Shown here: positions 39,503-52,130 of the stretch, one piece after another
How positions within the stretch are numbered: the first letter of the stretch is position 1
Layout: each line of letters begins with the position of its first letter
Source: Spongospora subterranea f. sp. subterranea
Taxonomy: Eukaryota
DNA: 64,000 bases
NCBI GenBank assembly: GCA_049724395.1
Contig: JAUGWO010000064.1
Span: 186,001-250,000, forward strand
Reading direction: 5' to 3'
Position numbers and translations under genes: made by a program
The notes under the pieces: model-generated
Told to the model about the DNA's origin: nothing
Databases searched by the model: none
The model's input: the letters and a program-made list of their open reading frames with translations, nothing else

Positions 39503-40049
39503 AGTTTGTCCGAACCAAACATTACACCTCTAAATCATTCCTATCGCAACTCTAAGTCTCGTCTACCACACTTCCGACGACCCGCCATGACGAATGGTGA
39601 TGCGGTTACGACTCGTCAGACCACCACCACAGAGCAACTCGCGGAAGTTGCACGACAACTAACAGAATCTCGGGAGTAACTCGATACCTATACCTATCAG
39701 CGGTCAACAAACGAAAGGTTCTGGGTGCTTCGGCGGCGGATTCCGGATTCGCGACTGGCGGGAATTGAGGGTGATGTTGCTGTCGCCAGGAACGTCGAGA
39801 GTTGGTCAACTAATTGATTGAACCTTTCGTTGTTGACCGCTGATAGGTATCGAGTTGCTCCCGAGATTCTGCCAGTTGTCGTGCAACTTCCGCGAGGTGA
39901 TCTGTGGTGGATAACCTCATCACCTTTCGTCATGGCGGGTCGTCGGAAGTGTGGTAGACGAGACTTAGAGTTGCGATAGGAGAGATTTAGAGATGTAATA
40001 AAGATGCGCTAGGAAAGATTTAGAGGTGTGATGTTTGGTCGGACAAACT
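39503..40049. repeat. Imperfect palindrome, arms about 200 bp
   Basis: CCTATCGCAACTCTAAGTCTCGTCTACCACACTTCCGACGACCCGCCATGACGAA (~39540) is the reverse complement of ~39926-39980; pairing extends inward to ~39720/39825. Confidence 0.92.
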
Positions 40050-40097
40050 ATCAGGAATGCTAATCGAAACGATGTTAAAGAGTTAATAATAGGAGTA

Positions 40098-43039
40098 CAG
40101 TAAAAACTTCTATTAAGACTATTTGTACTAAGGTCAAAACCCAAGTTTTAGGTCGTAAGACCCCAAAACTCAAGTTCGAAAGCCAAAAAAGTCTTAGTAC
40201 AAAGAATTTAATCAATACTACCCATAACCCTACATTGTTGTCAAATAGTCTTATTAGAAATATTGTTCCACTCCTGGTGCATTACATTGATGCAGCACGT
40301 CTGCCCGGGCCATCCTGGCTCAGAATTTGTTTCTTATTCTGGTCTACACTGGTAGAGTTGGAGGACATCGGCCACGGCCCATCGGCAAATGCACTTGGAT
40401 CTTGGAGGCAACTCTGGAAGGCACCGGCGCAAGTCACCCCTGGACATGAGGTAACCACGCCCCACGGAGACATGATCACAATCGTCCATGAATACACTCT
40501 CAGTCTCTGATCCTTTAAAAGCTAATGGGGTCTTTCTTGGATCAGTGAAGGAGCTAAGAGACCTCCGCGCTGACGGCACCATCAGCAATGATGAGTTTTT
40601 GCAATTGAAGAAAGGGGTAATAGCTGCAACAGTATCTGCTCCCAATAGTACTGTTCCAGGCGCAGAATCATCTGAAATCAGCACCGACCTTAGAAGGACA
40701 CCGTCAACCTCTGACGTCACATCATTCGCCATCAGCACTCGCAGTAGCAGCGGAATGTCTTCGTGTTCAAAAGCCTCCTGTACTGACGAGGCTTCACAAT
40801 CGTTGACCCAATCGACGCTGCACAAGTACTTCGGTCCGTCGCGATTGAAATCAAAGAGCGGAGCCGAAATTATCGCAGCGGTTTGTCCTCTAACCATAAG
40901 CGAACGGTTTTCCTGTGAAGTTTGTAAAAAAATCTGCCTGACAAAGACAGCGCTTTTATCGCATGCAAAAATACATACACGGGCATTGACTTCTGAAAAT
41001 ATCGAGGACTCCGCGTCGAAAGCAGTGAACCATGGGTCAGTCAAGCGACATCGGTATACTTTCGAGGAGAAGGTTGGAACGCATGTTACGGCTCTTTTTT
41101 TTTCATGAAACTTTAACGATGGCAATAGGCCATGCATATCAGGAACGTCGACGACCTCATGAAGTCCCGACGGATCAAGAGAGCCTCTGCGATCAGTCTT
41201 ATTTCAGATGATACTGGAGTGCCAATATTTACACTCACGAAATGGTTTGGTCAAAGGAATATAGTTGAATCAATGGTGTGTGATCCAGTACGGCGCTCTC
41301 GAAAAGGGGTTTCAACAGGGAATGGGTCGGATCTTTGCGGAACCTTGAAGAATTGCTATCAAGAAAAGTTCGTGGCCGCCGCCGTTGGGATTGAAAGCGA
41401 ACAGAACATGGATTTTATCTATGGCACGCCAGATTCGAAAAACGCCGCTTGTAGTACAACCGAGTTATGCATCACAAATCATGTTGTCACGGTCTTGGTA
41501 TTACAAAGGATTCCTGCCGAGGTCTAATTTTTCGATTCGTCGATCCTCAAATCGCAAGCAGGCCGATATTGCTCACGCCAGGCCAACAATCTATCGCTTT
41601 CATTGTGAGCTGTTTGAGAAGTTTAATGCTCTTCCTCACATCGATCCTGTGTATGGACACTTTGCCAAAAGGGACGTTTTTAATTTTGATCAGATTCCAT
41701 TACCCTTTATATGCGATGGCGACAGCCGAACAGTAGATGATAAGGGCGCTGTTCGTGTCTGGTGTCGACAACCGAGTTCGGGCCTAGAAAAGCGTCAAGC
41801 CACCATGCATTTGACGTTGTGTGCGGATGATGATGCTATTCAGCCCAAGCCAATAATTATATTTCGCGGAACAGGGAAATATATAATGAGATCTTCGGAA
41901 ATTGACGAATATGTAAGGCGGCCTTGCTCTTATTTTCGGGGAGAGTCTCATAATTACTCCAGGACAAACGAGTGAATGTTTTATTCCAAAAATGCGCATG
42001 GGTTGACACAGTAACTGCACTCGATATTGTGAAACTCTATAAAAGCGATCCGGCGTTTGCAGAGCAACGTCGTCGGTTAATGTTATGCGATAACCTGGAT
42101 GCACATATCTCGGCGGATTTTGTTGATGCCATGAACACCAATGTGGGGGAGATACATCTGCTTCCTCCCAATTTGACGCACCTCATTCAGCCTGGTAATT
42201 CTCGTCAACAATTGTGCGACAATTCTTGTTTAATTTATCTTTATACTGAATATAGTTGACGCGGGCCCCGGAAGATCCATAAAATACTGGATGGGCAATG
42301 CCCTTGACGAAGTATTGGACGATCCCAGTTTCTTAGACAAGTGGTCGAATGGCAAGTTCAGTGCCAAAGAACGACGAATTCTGATGACAAGATGGGCTGG
42401 TGACGCCTATGAAAAACTTATATCCAGTCGCCGCAATGAGAGATATTTCGTGAAGACTGGATGTTTGTTGAGAATCGATGGCCATCAAAACGCGATCAAT
42501 GTGCAAGGACTGCCAAATTCGTTTTTTTAATCCGACGTCAATGCCACCAGCCTCGTCATCAACCTCGATAGCAGCGATGAGGACAGTGTTGGAGACAGCG
42601 GCCTCAGCGATTTTGAAGGGTCTAGCGATGATGGAGACCTATGCGACAAGGACGACAGCAAAATAAGCGACCATGAAGAAGTCTTCATCATTTTTGATGA
42701 AGCTCTAATTGCCTCTGGAACAGTCCACTTGCAGTGGAGGATTCTTCATGGCATTGAAGTCGCAGAATCGGATGTCGTTGTACTGATCAGCGAGATGTAT
42801 TGTGAGGGCAGGTTTGGCACGGATCCTTTCGGGGAACCCATCACAAAAGGCAGTTATCTGAGTGTTAACCGGTCTTGCATACACAAGAAAACATTTTATC
42901 AACAATAAAGCTAAAAATGGCACCCCGAAAAAAAATTCTCTTTAATAAGGCGTTAGACCCAAAGGCCAACATTTGTATTAAGACCCCAAAACCCAGACTT
43001 AGAATTAAATACAGTCTTATTAGGAACAATTAAATACTG
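40098..43039 (+). mobile_element. Near full-length pogo-like (DD35D) transposon with intron-containing SHOCT-like/C2H2/HTH/DDE_1 transposase
   Basis: TA flanks and CAGTA-starting imperfect termini (CAGTAAAAACTTCTATTAAGACT; AGTCTTATTAGGAACAATTAAATACTG). FNFDQIPL, then DNLDAH-x-QPVD with 35 residues between the last two Asp. Introns at ~41072-41128, ~41913-41962 and ~42195-42255. Indels near 41320-41385. Confidence 0.88.
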
Positions 43040-43162
43040 TATTTAAACGACGTTGTGTACATAGCATATGGGAATAATCAATCATTGGGCATAAGGATTA
43101 ATCGCCATGGAGTGCGCCTCATCTACCGCGTGAGTCAAGCAGGATTACTTGACTCCAGGGAA

Positions 43163-43570
43163 ATGCAGATGCAAATGTTATTACAAAAAACATTTGCAAT
43201 AACATTGGCATCTGCATTTATTTGCATCTGCATTTGAATTCGCGTTTGGCGTCTAAATAATGACTGTCACAATGATTGTTGATGAGGAGAAGGCTGAAGT
43301 GGGTGCAGGAAGCCCCATTAATCTGGGTGACGATCCGGAGGCGAGCTCTGTCAACTATCACAATGGGAAGGGAAGTGATGGTCATCGAGTCCGAGGTCGG
43401 GCTGGTGACATCATGGAAACCATAGCCGCGCCAATGTTGGCCGGAATGCAATCCCGGATCGTCACCCAGATTAATGGGGCTTCCAGCACCCACTTTAGCC
43501 TTCTCCTCATCAACAATCATTGTGACAGTCATTGTTTAGACGCCAAACGCGAATTCAGATGCAAATGTTT
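43163..43570. repeat. Imperfect palindrome (arms about 120 bp) preceded by a short hairpin
   Basis: 43222-43340 versus the reverse complement of 43454-43566; peptide MTVTMIVDEEKA.VGAGSPINLGDDP on both strands; extra hairpin at 43163-43217. Confidence 0.92.
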
Positions 43571-44067
43571 TTGCAAAAAGATCTTTGTAGCAATTCCACG
43601 TCGGAATCCGTTCCAAGGAATAGACGCAAAAACAGCCTTAAAGCATTTAATCTTGAGGACAAGATTGGGAAATCAGGATCTGGAAGTTTCTGATGAGGAT
43701 GTGAATATTGGGGAAAATATTCCTCAATCAATGGTTTGGTTGAGCGCGCTATACAAAATGGATTACCAAATCATTGGGAAAGTCGACTAAGCCCATACAT
43801 ACGGTAATGTGGTATACGCTAATAATCAAACCAGAGAGAGTTTTAGTTTTCCCATCTCAACGACCCGTTTTGTGGTTCGTCGGGCCTAAACTCGCCACAG
43901 TGATCACTTGTTTTCCAATCTCTCTCTACGTCTTCTACATTCCGTCTTTGGTGTTTAACACCTGATCTTTACTGTTGTTTGACCAGCCGTTTGATACTGG
44001 CCTTTCCAAGCACTTGGTTCTGTACTTGACGTCTCTTTTTGATTTGTTTTACTGTCACACCACTGTC

Positions 44068-45300
44068 ATGCCGCCCAAACGCGAAAAAAATGATTTTGAT
44101 GATGATAAATGTTCTGGACCTGCTCCTGTTCCTGCTGAAATTTCTCTACAACAAATCGGGCTTACTCTAGAAGCTCTGTCGTTACGACAGCAGAAAGCGG
44201 ATTCAAGGTTAGAACTTTTGATGGAACGTTTATTGAATTCTTTCCCCATCCCCGCCCGAATCTATCCCTGTTCTGGCCTCTAATGTCGCTGAAATTATAC
44301 CAACACCGGTTTCTAATCTCCAAAGTCTGACGAAAGCCCCGTATACGAAACTTTGTACAAGTGAACTGCCCAAATTTTCGGAAGAAATTTTTAAAAATGA
44401 TGCTAAGAGATACTTAGGTTTCATTCATTCTAGTCACCATTCCATTCCGTCGGAAGACGTTCTAATGGTGCGCGCACTGATATTTCTCTCGTTTCGGAAG
44501 AAGTTTGACCGGATAACGTTGAATGCCTCTCCAGCAGCTCGGCTAGATGCTGCTAACAAGTGTCTATTGGACAATGCTCAAGGTAAAGCCGTGAATGAAC
44601 CTTTATGTTCCTGCGATGAGCTGATGGACAAAATGGCGCGTTGGTATGCGTCAGATGCAGATCCAACTATTCTAGTTGATGTTCTTCGAAATAAGCTGGA
44701 AAACAGGCGACCATATCCCCAAGAGAATTTAGAAGACTATTTAGGCCGATATCTGATATACTGGAATAACCTCTGTTGTTTTCAAGAGGCATCATTATTC
44801 ACGGAATCATCTTGCTGTCTTTGGTTCCTTCGCACCATCCGTTGCAAACCTTGCGGAAGTGATGAGAAGAAATGGTAGAAAAATGCGAACCCTTTCGGAA
44901 GTTTTTGCAGTTGTCCGAGACTCGTCTCAGGTGTTGATGGATATTGAAGCTGTTTCAAATCATTTTACTGCCGATCGATCTACTCCATCTCAGAATACTA
45001 TCTTAAATAATCACAGATCGCCTGGACCAGAATCAAAGTCGATGCCACCACCGAAAACACTTCCCCATTCGGGCATCAGTCACCGTCCGTTTCTTTCTCG
45101 AAATCAACTACTTCTTCCGACCCGCATGTTAGCCGAATATCGCTTGATGATTTTTCCAACAACATGAGTCCTGGTGAATCAAATCGGATCAAGGAAGCCG
45201 AATTTTCCAGTGCTGATCGGTCTGAACAATTGCCTGCCTCTGCTGATGATGGTGCTGATTTTTCTGAAAGAATCTGGCGTTTTTATTCGAAATTATATAA
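44068..45300 (+). pseudogene. Degenerate gag-like ORF, probably from a retrotransposon
   Basis: Frameshifted ORF series (MPPKREK.., ELPKFS.., QENLEDYLGRY..) with gag-like helical content, upstream of an integrase zinc-binding fragment. Confidence 0.45.
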
Positions 45301-45320
45301 ATGCGCATAGTGCTTCAGTC

Positions 45321-45661
45321 GGTATACATATCAATTTCGATTCAGGAGTAATATACAGAGTCCTTCGTCCGATTTAACAGCCTTGTTCGAAGTAATTTCG
45401 ATTTCGTTCTTTTGTTGGATTGATCGAATTTCAGCCAAAGAAGGCCAAACGAAATCAGGCTGTTGTAAGGGTATGATCCTACTTCTGTTGCTGTCCTACT
45501 TCATCGACATTCCATCGACAAAATCTATCGTTGGAGGCTGAACCTTGACGGCAAGCACTATGTCATCGAGTCCATCCCCGAAATCGAAATGACTTCGAAC
45601 AAGGCTGTTAAATCGGACGAAGGACTGTATATTACTCCTGATCGAAATTGATATGTATACC
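45321..45661. repeat. Inverted repeat, arms about 85 bp
   Basis: GGTATACATATCAATTTCGATTCAGGAGTAATATACAG..CTTGTTCGAAGT at 45321-45407 versus its reverse complement at 45580-45661. Confidence 0.9.
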
Positions 45662-45792
45662 CTCTTCAGCCACCAATCTCAAATTCCGTTTACTTGTAAT
45701 TGCTCATTGTGGTAGTGCCGGGCACCGAGGAATAGTATCTACGTTCAATGCTCTGAAGGTACGATTTAATTGGCAAAAACTTTTCGAAGATG
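45600..45792 (+). mobile_element. Ty3/gypsy integrase zinc-binding fragment, truncated by the next element
   Basis: ICIPSSATNLKFRLLVIAHCGSAGHRGIVSTFNALKVRFNWQKLFEDV is homologous to IAHSGLSGH at ~49305-49335. Confidence 0.85.
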
Positions 45793-48700
45793 TGTACAGA
45801 ACTGCAACCCCAATGCACTTACGGACCTACTTAAGCTACCGAATAAAAGCAGTTCTGTTTACTATTGCCAACCTAATAGTCAGCCGGACCCTGCGCAAAA
45901 CGTTTTATAGCAGACTACCTGGCATCTAGCTTTGCCAGACGAACTTGCAAACAGGCGACAAACCCACGCCCCGAAGTTCATGGCCCAAACCAGGAGCATG
46001 GACGCCGACTCCGATCAGGGTGCCAACCCTGCCTATCCACAACCAGAATCCATAGCCGAGCATGTCATAGCCGGCCAGACACCAATATTTTTTCCCTTAA
46101 AACCACCGATCATCAAGGCTTTTGACCCCAAGGCGATCGCTGTATTTCGCCGAGAACGCGAATCGTATCTGGCGCTAATCACAGAACGGAGGGAATTACA
46201 TGGTGACAAAGTCCAACCCGTCTCACTGAAAAGTAGCTTTGATTTAAGCAAACTCAAAGCAATATCCAAATATGTTTTAAAAAAGCCAGTTGACCAGCTT
46301 ACGGATTCAGACCTGGATGTGTACCTTAAGAAGCTGCAAGAACAAGCGACTGAGCATTGCCACGAAGATATCGAGGCTACAATTAGGAAACAAATCATCA
46401 TGAACCTGTCACTCAAAAACCCTGCGGAACGAGTTCTAGCTTATTTCGCCAAATTTGACGACTTTATTGCAGATAACGGCCTAGAGCATGTGTTCAAGGA
46501 CGACGAAGGAATCAAGCTAAAAATTAAATACCTACGTGCCGGAGTTCGACCAGCAACCCTACACGACATGATTGAGCACGCGATCTCATTTGGCGACCAT
46601 CAAAAGGCGAAAAGCGATGAAGCTGATTTTTTTGACTTGCTCACGTCAAAAGCGAAACAACAGCATGAAGTACACCAACTGACTGAACGACAGAAAAGTC
46701 GCACGATGAAAACTATCGAAAAGTCCAAATCGTTGAAACCGAACATGCCGAATTTACAACCGAATAATAGCGTAATCTCAGCTGCGTCACTGAAGCGATA
46801 TGGCAGTCGAGACCCTCCAGATGGTGGTTGTCTACATTGTGGCGGAAAACATTGGCTACAAGTATGCACTAAATGTACCCCTGAGGAGCGCAAAGCCGCG
46901 TTCGATAAGCTGAACCTCACGAAAGCAAATATGCAGTCTAAGAAACTTGTCCCAACATCTGATTATTGCGTTAGTAACCGTGTGCTGATTCAGGATAAGA
47001 TTCACCTCCCGTTCGAATTGGACGATGGGTCTTATAAGACTACTATCTGCCGCCGGATGTTAGATATGGTTACTGATAAAGTTCCAGTCATGATTCAAAC
47101 AATCACGCCACCACTAAAGTGCAAACTAGCTACAAGCGATAGTTTTGCAACAATCAGGCAAGTGGCATATTTAGATTTGACGTTATCAACAAAAGCAGGT
47201 ACCGTAAATTTCCGGTCAACTGCTGTTAACGTCGTGGACGAAGACATGGAGACTGTTCTTATTGGAAAGCCGGAACTACGAAAGCTAGGAATCGATCCCG
47301 AACTCCTGCTGGACGAGATCCTCAAAGAAGCCAGCGAAAACAACATTACTATCGGCCCAGATCCACATGAACCCGCTGACAGTGATCGCGCACCGATTCA
47401 GTCAAAGCGAATGACCGAACATGATTCTGAGTATCCTGAACCTGGATTTGATTACATTATTCCAATAGGAGATGAGGATAAGTTTGAGACTGATTCAGCT
47501 ATCAAGAATATGGTGGATAGAGCGATAAAGAGTGGTATACCAGCAACGCGCAATGAACTTACTACGTTAGTTTCAAGATATGATATTTGGCGTACGAGTC
47601 TTGGAAACGATCCTCCCGCTAAAGTTTCTGCTCAGAAGCTACATCGTAAACCTGGTGCAACGCATTTTCGCTGTAAGCTCCGTCGATATCCTATTCCATA
47701 CCAAGAATTCATGCATGCGCATACAAATGCACTTGAAAAGAATAATTATATCTACAGAAACCCACAGAGTCGAGACGCTTCCGCCGCCCTAGTTATTCCA
47801 AAACCTGACAAAAGAGGTTATAGGATGACAGTCGACACTGTGGAAATCAACAAGCAGATCGAGCCTATTATCTGGCCCATGCCTCATATAGACATCATTT
47901 TAGGTTATCTTCGTGATGCTACATCGTATATCTTATTAGATTGTTTTAAAGGCTATTGGCAGTTCCCATTGCACTTAGACTCCCAAGAAATGTGTTCTTT
48001 CATGACGCACGAAGCAGTATTCACACCGCGTCGCTTAATTCAAGGGATCATTGACTCAGTTGCAACATTTCAATCAGGGATGCAACAAGTTTTGGGTGAT
48101 TTATTGTACAAATGCGCTCTCTTATGGCTTGACGATGTACTAGCATATGCAAACAAGAATTCTCCAATGACACATATGATTGTGCTCAGCAAAGTCCTTC
48201 TCGAAATGGCGAAAAGAGGTATCAAATGTAATCCCGATCGATGCAATCTTTATGCCGAAACAGTCAAATGGGCTGGTCATAACATTTCGCCTGAAGGAGT
48301 CACATATGACAATTCTTTTATTCAAGCTCTTTTGGACATGCAGCCCCCAATTCATGGCGATGACCTACAACAATTCGTCTGTGCCCTAAACTGGATTCGG
48401 AAGAGTATACCTAATTTCAATGAACTAACACATCCTCTCCAAGATCTCCTCCTGACAACTACACGAACGGTGCAAAGCTGTAAGAAAACCGTGCTGCGAC
48501 GTATCCGATTAGCAGATATTGGATGGAATGCATCACACCAAGAATCTTTCAAAATGATAAAGGAATGTGTTGCTGGTCTTACGAGGCTTGCTCATCCGAA
48601 AAGCGACTGGTTAACATGCTTATTTCCCGATGCTTCTCAAGATTTTTGGTCGGCTGTCCTGACACAGATTCCTCCTGAAGATATAAATCTACCGCTCACC

Positions 48701-49809
48701 GAACAACGACACGAATTGCTAGCATGCCTTTCTGGCACTTTTCGCGCTAATAGCCTCAGATGGGCTATCATAGAAAAAGAAGCGTATCCTATTATCGAAG
48801 GTATATTCCGCCTTCGTCATTTCTTGATAGGATCGAACCCGGTCCGAATTCATACGGATCATCGGAATTTAATGTATATATTCAACCCAATGAAGCGCTG
48901 CACCAATGTCGCGCGGCAACTGCGGACCGACTTGAGCGATGGCAACTCCAACTCGCAAACATTCCTTACATCATTGAACATGTTGAAGGAAACGAGAATG
49001 TTTGGGCAGATCTTTTTACTCGATGGGGAAAGTCAAAAATATCTATTGACGCTCAACTTAAAGCATTCAAGGCCCCAATCCTCATTCAACCCATTTCGAA
49101 GAATTTCATCTGGCCATCTTGGCATGAAATTGCTACAGTTCAAGCAACGTATCTGTCTCATTCTGATGCTCAACACCTACCTAACATCTCGATCGATAAT
49201 CAATCACTGCTGTGGGATGGTAGCGACCAGATATGGAAAACCGCTGAAGGAAAGTTGTGGATCCCAACCAATTCAGGTTCCAATCTTCGTCTCCGAATTT
49301 CCATAATTGCACACAGCGGCCTATCAGGTCATCAAGCTAAAGAACCAACACTCAAATCTATCGAATCATTTTTTTGGTGGAAAAACATGAAGGAATTCGT
49401 TTCTAGCGTAGTTGAACGCTGTATCCATTGTGTTCGTCTCCGTGGAAAAGTTGTTCCAAGGCCCTTTGGCCATGCAATCCATGCATCCAGACCCAACCAG
49501 GTCATCCATTACGATTTTGTATTTATAGGAAAAGTACCGAAAAACCACTCACATTCTTTCGAGTACGTCCTGGTGTTAAAAGACGATCTAAGTCAATTTA
49601 TTGAATTGATCCCCTGCGAATCAGCCGATCATTACGTTACAGTTCATGGACTCATAGATTGGTTCAAGAGATTCGGGAACTAACCATTTTAGACAGGGGG
49701 AATGTACAGAACTGCAGCCCCAATGCACTTACGGACCTACTTAAGCTACACCGAATAAAAGCAGTTCTGTTTACTATTGCCAACCTAATAGTCAGCCGGA
49801 CCCTGCACA
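45793..49809 (+). mobile_element. Ty3/gypsy LTR retrotransposon with very short LTRs and internally deleted integrase
   Basis: LTRs 45793-45897 and 49703-49809 (TG..CA, near-identical); PPT AGACAGGGGGAA; gag-pol ORF with CLHCGGKHWLQVC, LDDGS, LDCFKGYWQ, WLDD, PDAS, TDHRNL; integrase HHCC and first Asp only. Confidence 0.95.
45932..49683 (+). CDS. Gag-Pol polyprotein (1124-aa ORF, frameshift near 48915 into the integrase frame)
   Basis: ORF 45932-49306 covers gag, protease, RT and RNase H; ORF 48760-49683 carries the RNase H end and integrase N-terminus, stopping at DWFKRFGN*. Confidence 0.9.
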
Positions 49810-50299
49810 CATGGATACATTCACTATCCGTTAAGGACGACCGACGACACAAGGTTGTGGTGTCCTGTTCAACGAATGTTTTTCTCCAATTGTTCCTAAA
49901 AAGATGGAATCGGATATTATCGCTGATTGCACTAAAAAGCAAGTCTGGGTCGATGACTCAAACGGGTCAGTGACGCGGAGTTGTCGCCATCGCTGGGTTT
50001 ATTGACGGAGAGAAGAAAGCCATGAGTGTGGTTCATATACCGTCGAACGGCTTATCATGATTATCGATGTCCAACAGACGAAGCAAATAGTGTATCAATT
50101 CGGCAGTTGAAATCTTTCCAGTTCTGCTCGTGAAATTCGGGCAGAATCCAACAGATTTTATATTTATCAGTTTGGCCAATTTTTAGACAATGAAACAGTC
50201 AAACAGGCTGCCCAATCTACCTGGACCGGTGGGCAATTTCTGCTGACACCTTCCGATTCATTGAGGGGCTGGAGCTTCTGATGCCGACTATCCCTCTTA

Positions 50300-52130
50300 A
50301 TTTGCTTGTCAGATTGTTCGTGCAGATGAGACCCCCCAATACTTTACGAAATAATCAGGCACCCGATGCCTCAATGTTTATTGACCCAACACATCAGCTC
50401 GGACCGAAACCGTTCTCACAGGGAAAATTACATCAAGAATTGATCGGCCATCATCACGTGATATCAAATCTGATTCTCCAGGTGAGCAAACAAATTTCAT
50501 AATGCAGATGACGACCCTTGAATGTTATCGGATATCGTATCCCAAACGTGCTAGTTCTCCTTTTACAGCATCTGTTGGCGATCGTTCATTCTCAGCGCAT
50601 ATGGAAGTTCCCAATATAACTTCTGATTACACTATTTTCAAAGTTTTCCTCATAATTCGACTCGGATTCACAAAAACATGGTTGTGAACTGCCCTTCGAA
50701 GTTGGCGTTGCGGTCTGATACACCAATTTGCAATGGGGGCTCTAATGTTTGAGATGATTATTTTCCAAAAAGCCAGCTTTGAAGGCCTGTGCAGAACTGT
50801 TTCGGGTACCTCATTCTTATGCGAATGAGCAGGATTATCGAGTCAGCCCTGATCTTCAGTTTTTCAATTGGCTCATTGGCATCGCTAGATAAGCGGAAAT
50901 GTTGGATGTCTTATATCTCAATGCTGCAGATACAATGCTGCTGAATGTGGAGGAATCGATGATCAGATCTTTTGAGGTACCTGCACCCAATATGGACATC
51001 AGACCAAAGCAGAATAAACACCAGAAAGGGCAACAGATCTGACCGAGGTGCGGGGGTCCCATGGACAATCGTGAAATGAAATCGGTTTCTATTGATTTCA
51101 GGAATCGATGGTGCTGAAGGCTCAATATGGCGTCAAAAAGACACTGCCAGTAGATAGCAGTGGACCTTTGGTGAAACTGTCAGGAGTCAGCTGCATGTTC
51201 TATAAAGTGAAATTGTTGCGCCAGTTAATACAAAAAGAAGCTCCAAGTAGAATGTTTTGAGGAGGGGAACTTTGGCGTCTTGTTAATCTGGTTTGTGCCG
51301 TAATCACGAGGCTGTAATCAAACGTTTGACCTGCGGGCTATGAGTTAGTTTGTCGTTCGTTTGCTGGTTCAAAATCGTCTAGAAAGCTTGTTTCTATGAC
51401 GGCTGGGATTATTGGGAGATTTGTATGAATTGGCGGTGCGTATATGGTACTTTAAGGATTTGAAAATAAGTTTCGATTTCGATCAACTCTTCTTGCTTGC
51501 GCGGCTGCAATTTCGAACTTTTAGTTCATGGATTTGTTGGTTGAGGGAGTTCCTGGATGGCAAACTGGATTATTCTATTGTTTTGTCTTTGGAAGATTTG
51601 CGAACGCCTCTTGCAATTGCGTGTGCGGGCTGGTTGAACAAACCTGAACCCAATGATTTCCCTTGCAAACGAGGCAGCCGCCGTCTGGTGGTGCCCGATT
51701 TTCATATCTCCTCCGAATAGCGTCGGGAATCCTATGAGGGGTGTCAGAGACCTTATCGTTTTGGGGGACTTTTGCAGTTGTGATCGGCATCGAACTGCTG
51801 CTAAACTGTACCGGCTTATTGCTGTTTGGCATCGCCGGTTTCGAATCGATTGGACTAAAATACTTTTCCTGGTGCTCCGCCTCTTTCAGAATCTGGTCGA
51901 AGAAGAGTCCTTGATCCTTATTCGCGGTGAAGAAATCCTTGTTATATTGGATTATTCTTTTCCCTCGGCACGTACTGCATGGGGGCTGATCCCTTCGATC
52001 AGGTACAGTACTTGCACTTCATTGTTTCTCGGCGTAGGCTGATTCGAGCGGAAATTCTTTAATGAGGCGGTCGAAACAATCGAACATATCAAGAACCCGC
52101 AATTCGATTGACAGATTCATGATTATCTCC
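50300..52130 (-). mobile_element. Heavily degenerate Ty3/gypsy relative of the 45793 element
   Basis: IRRRYENRAPPDGGCLVCKGNHWVQVC matches LKRYGSRDPPDGGCLHCGGKHWLQVC; upstream gag remnants (IIMNLSI..RVLDMFDCFD) match IIMNLSL..RVLAYFAKFD. Confidence 0.75.

Noticed and set aside
40334..41137. 267-aa minus-strand ORF
   Set aside because: Antisense shadow of the SHOCT/C2H2 transposase exon with no motifs of its own.
43260..43790. 176-aa ORF with a mirror ORF on the opposite strand
   Set aside because: Explained by the palindrome; no recognisable domain.
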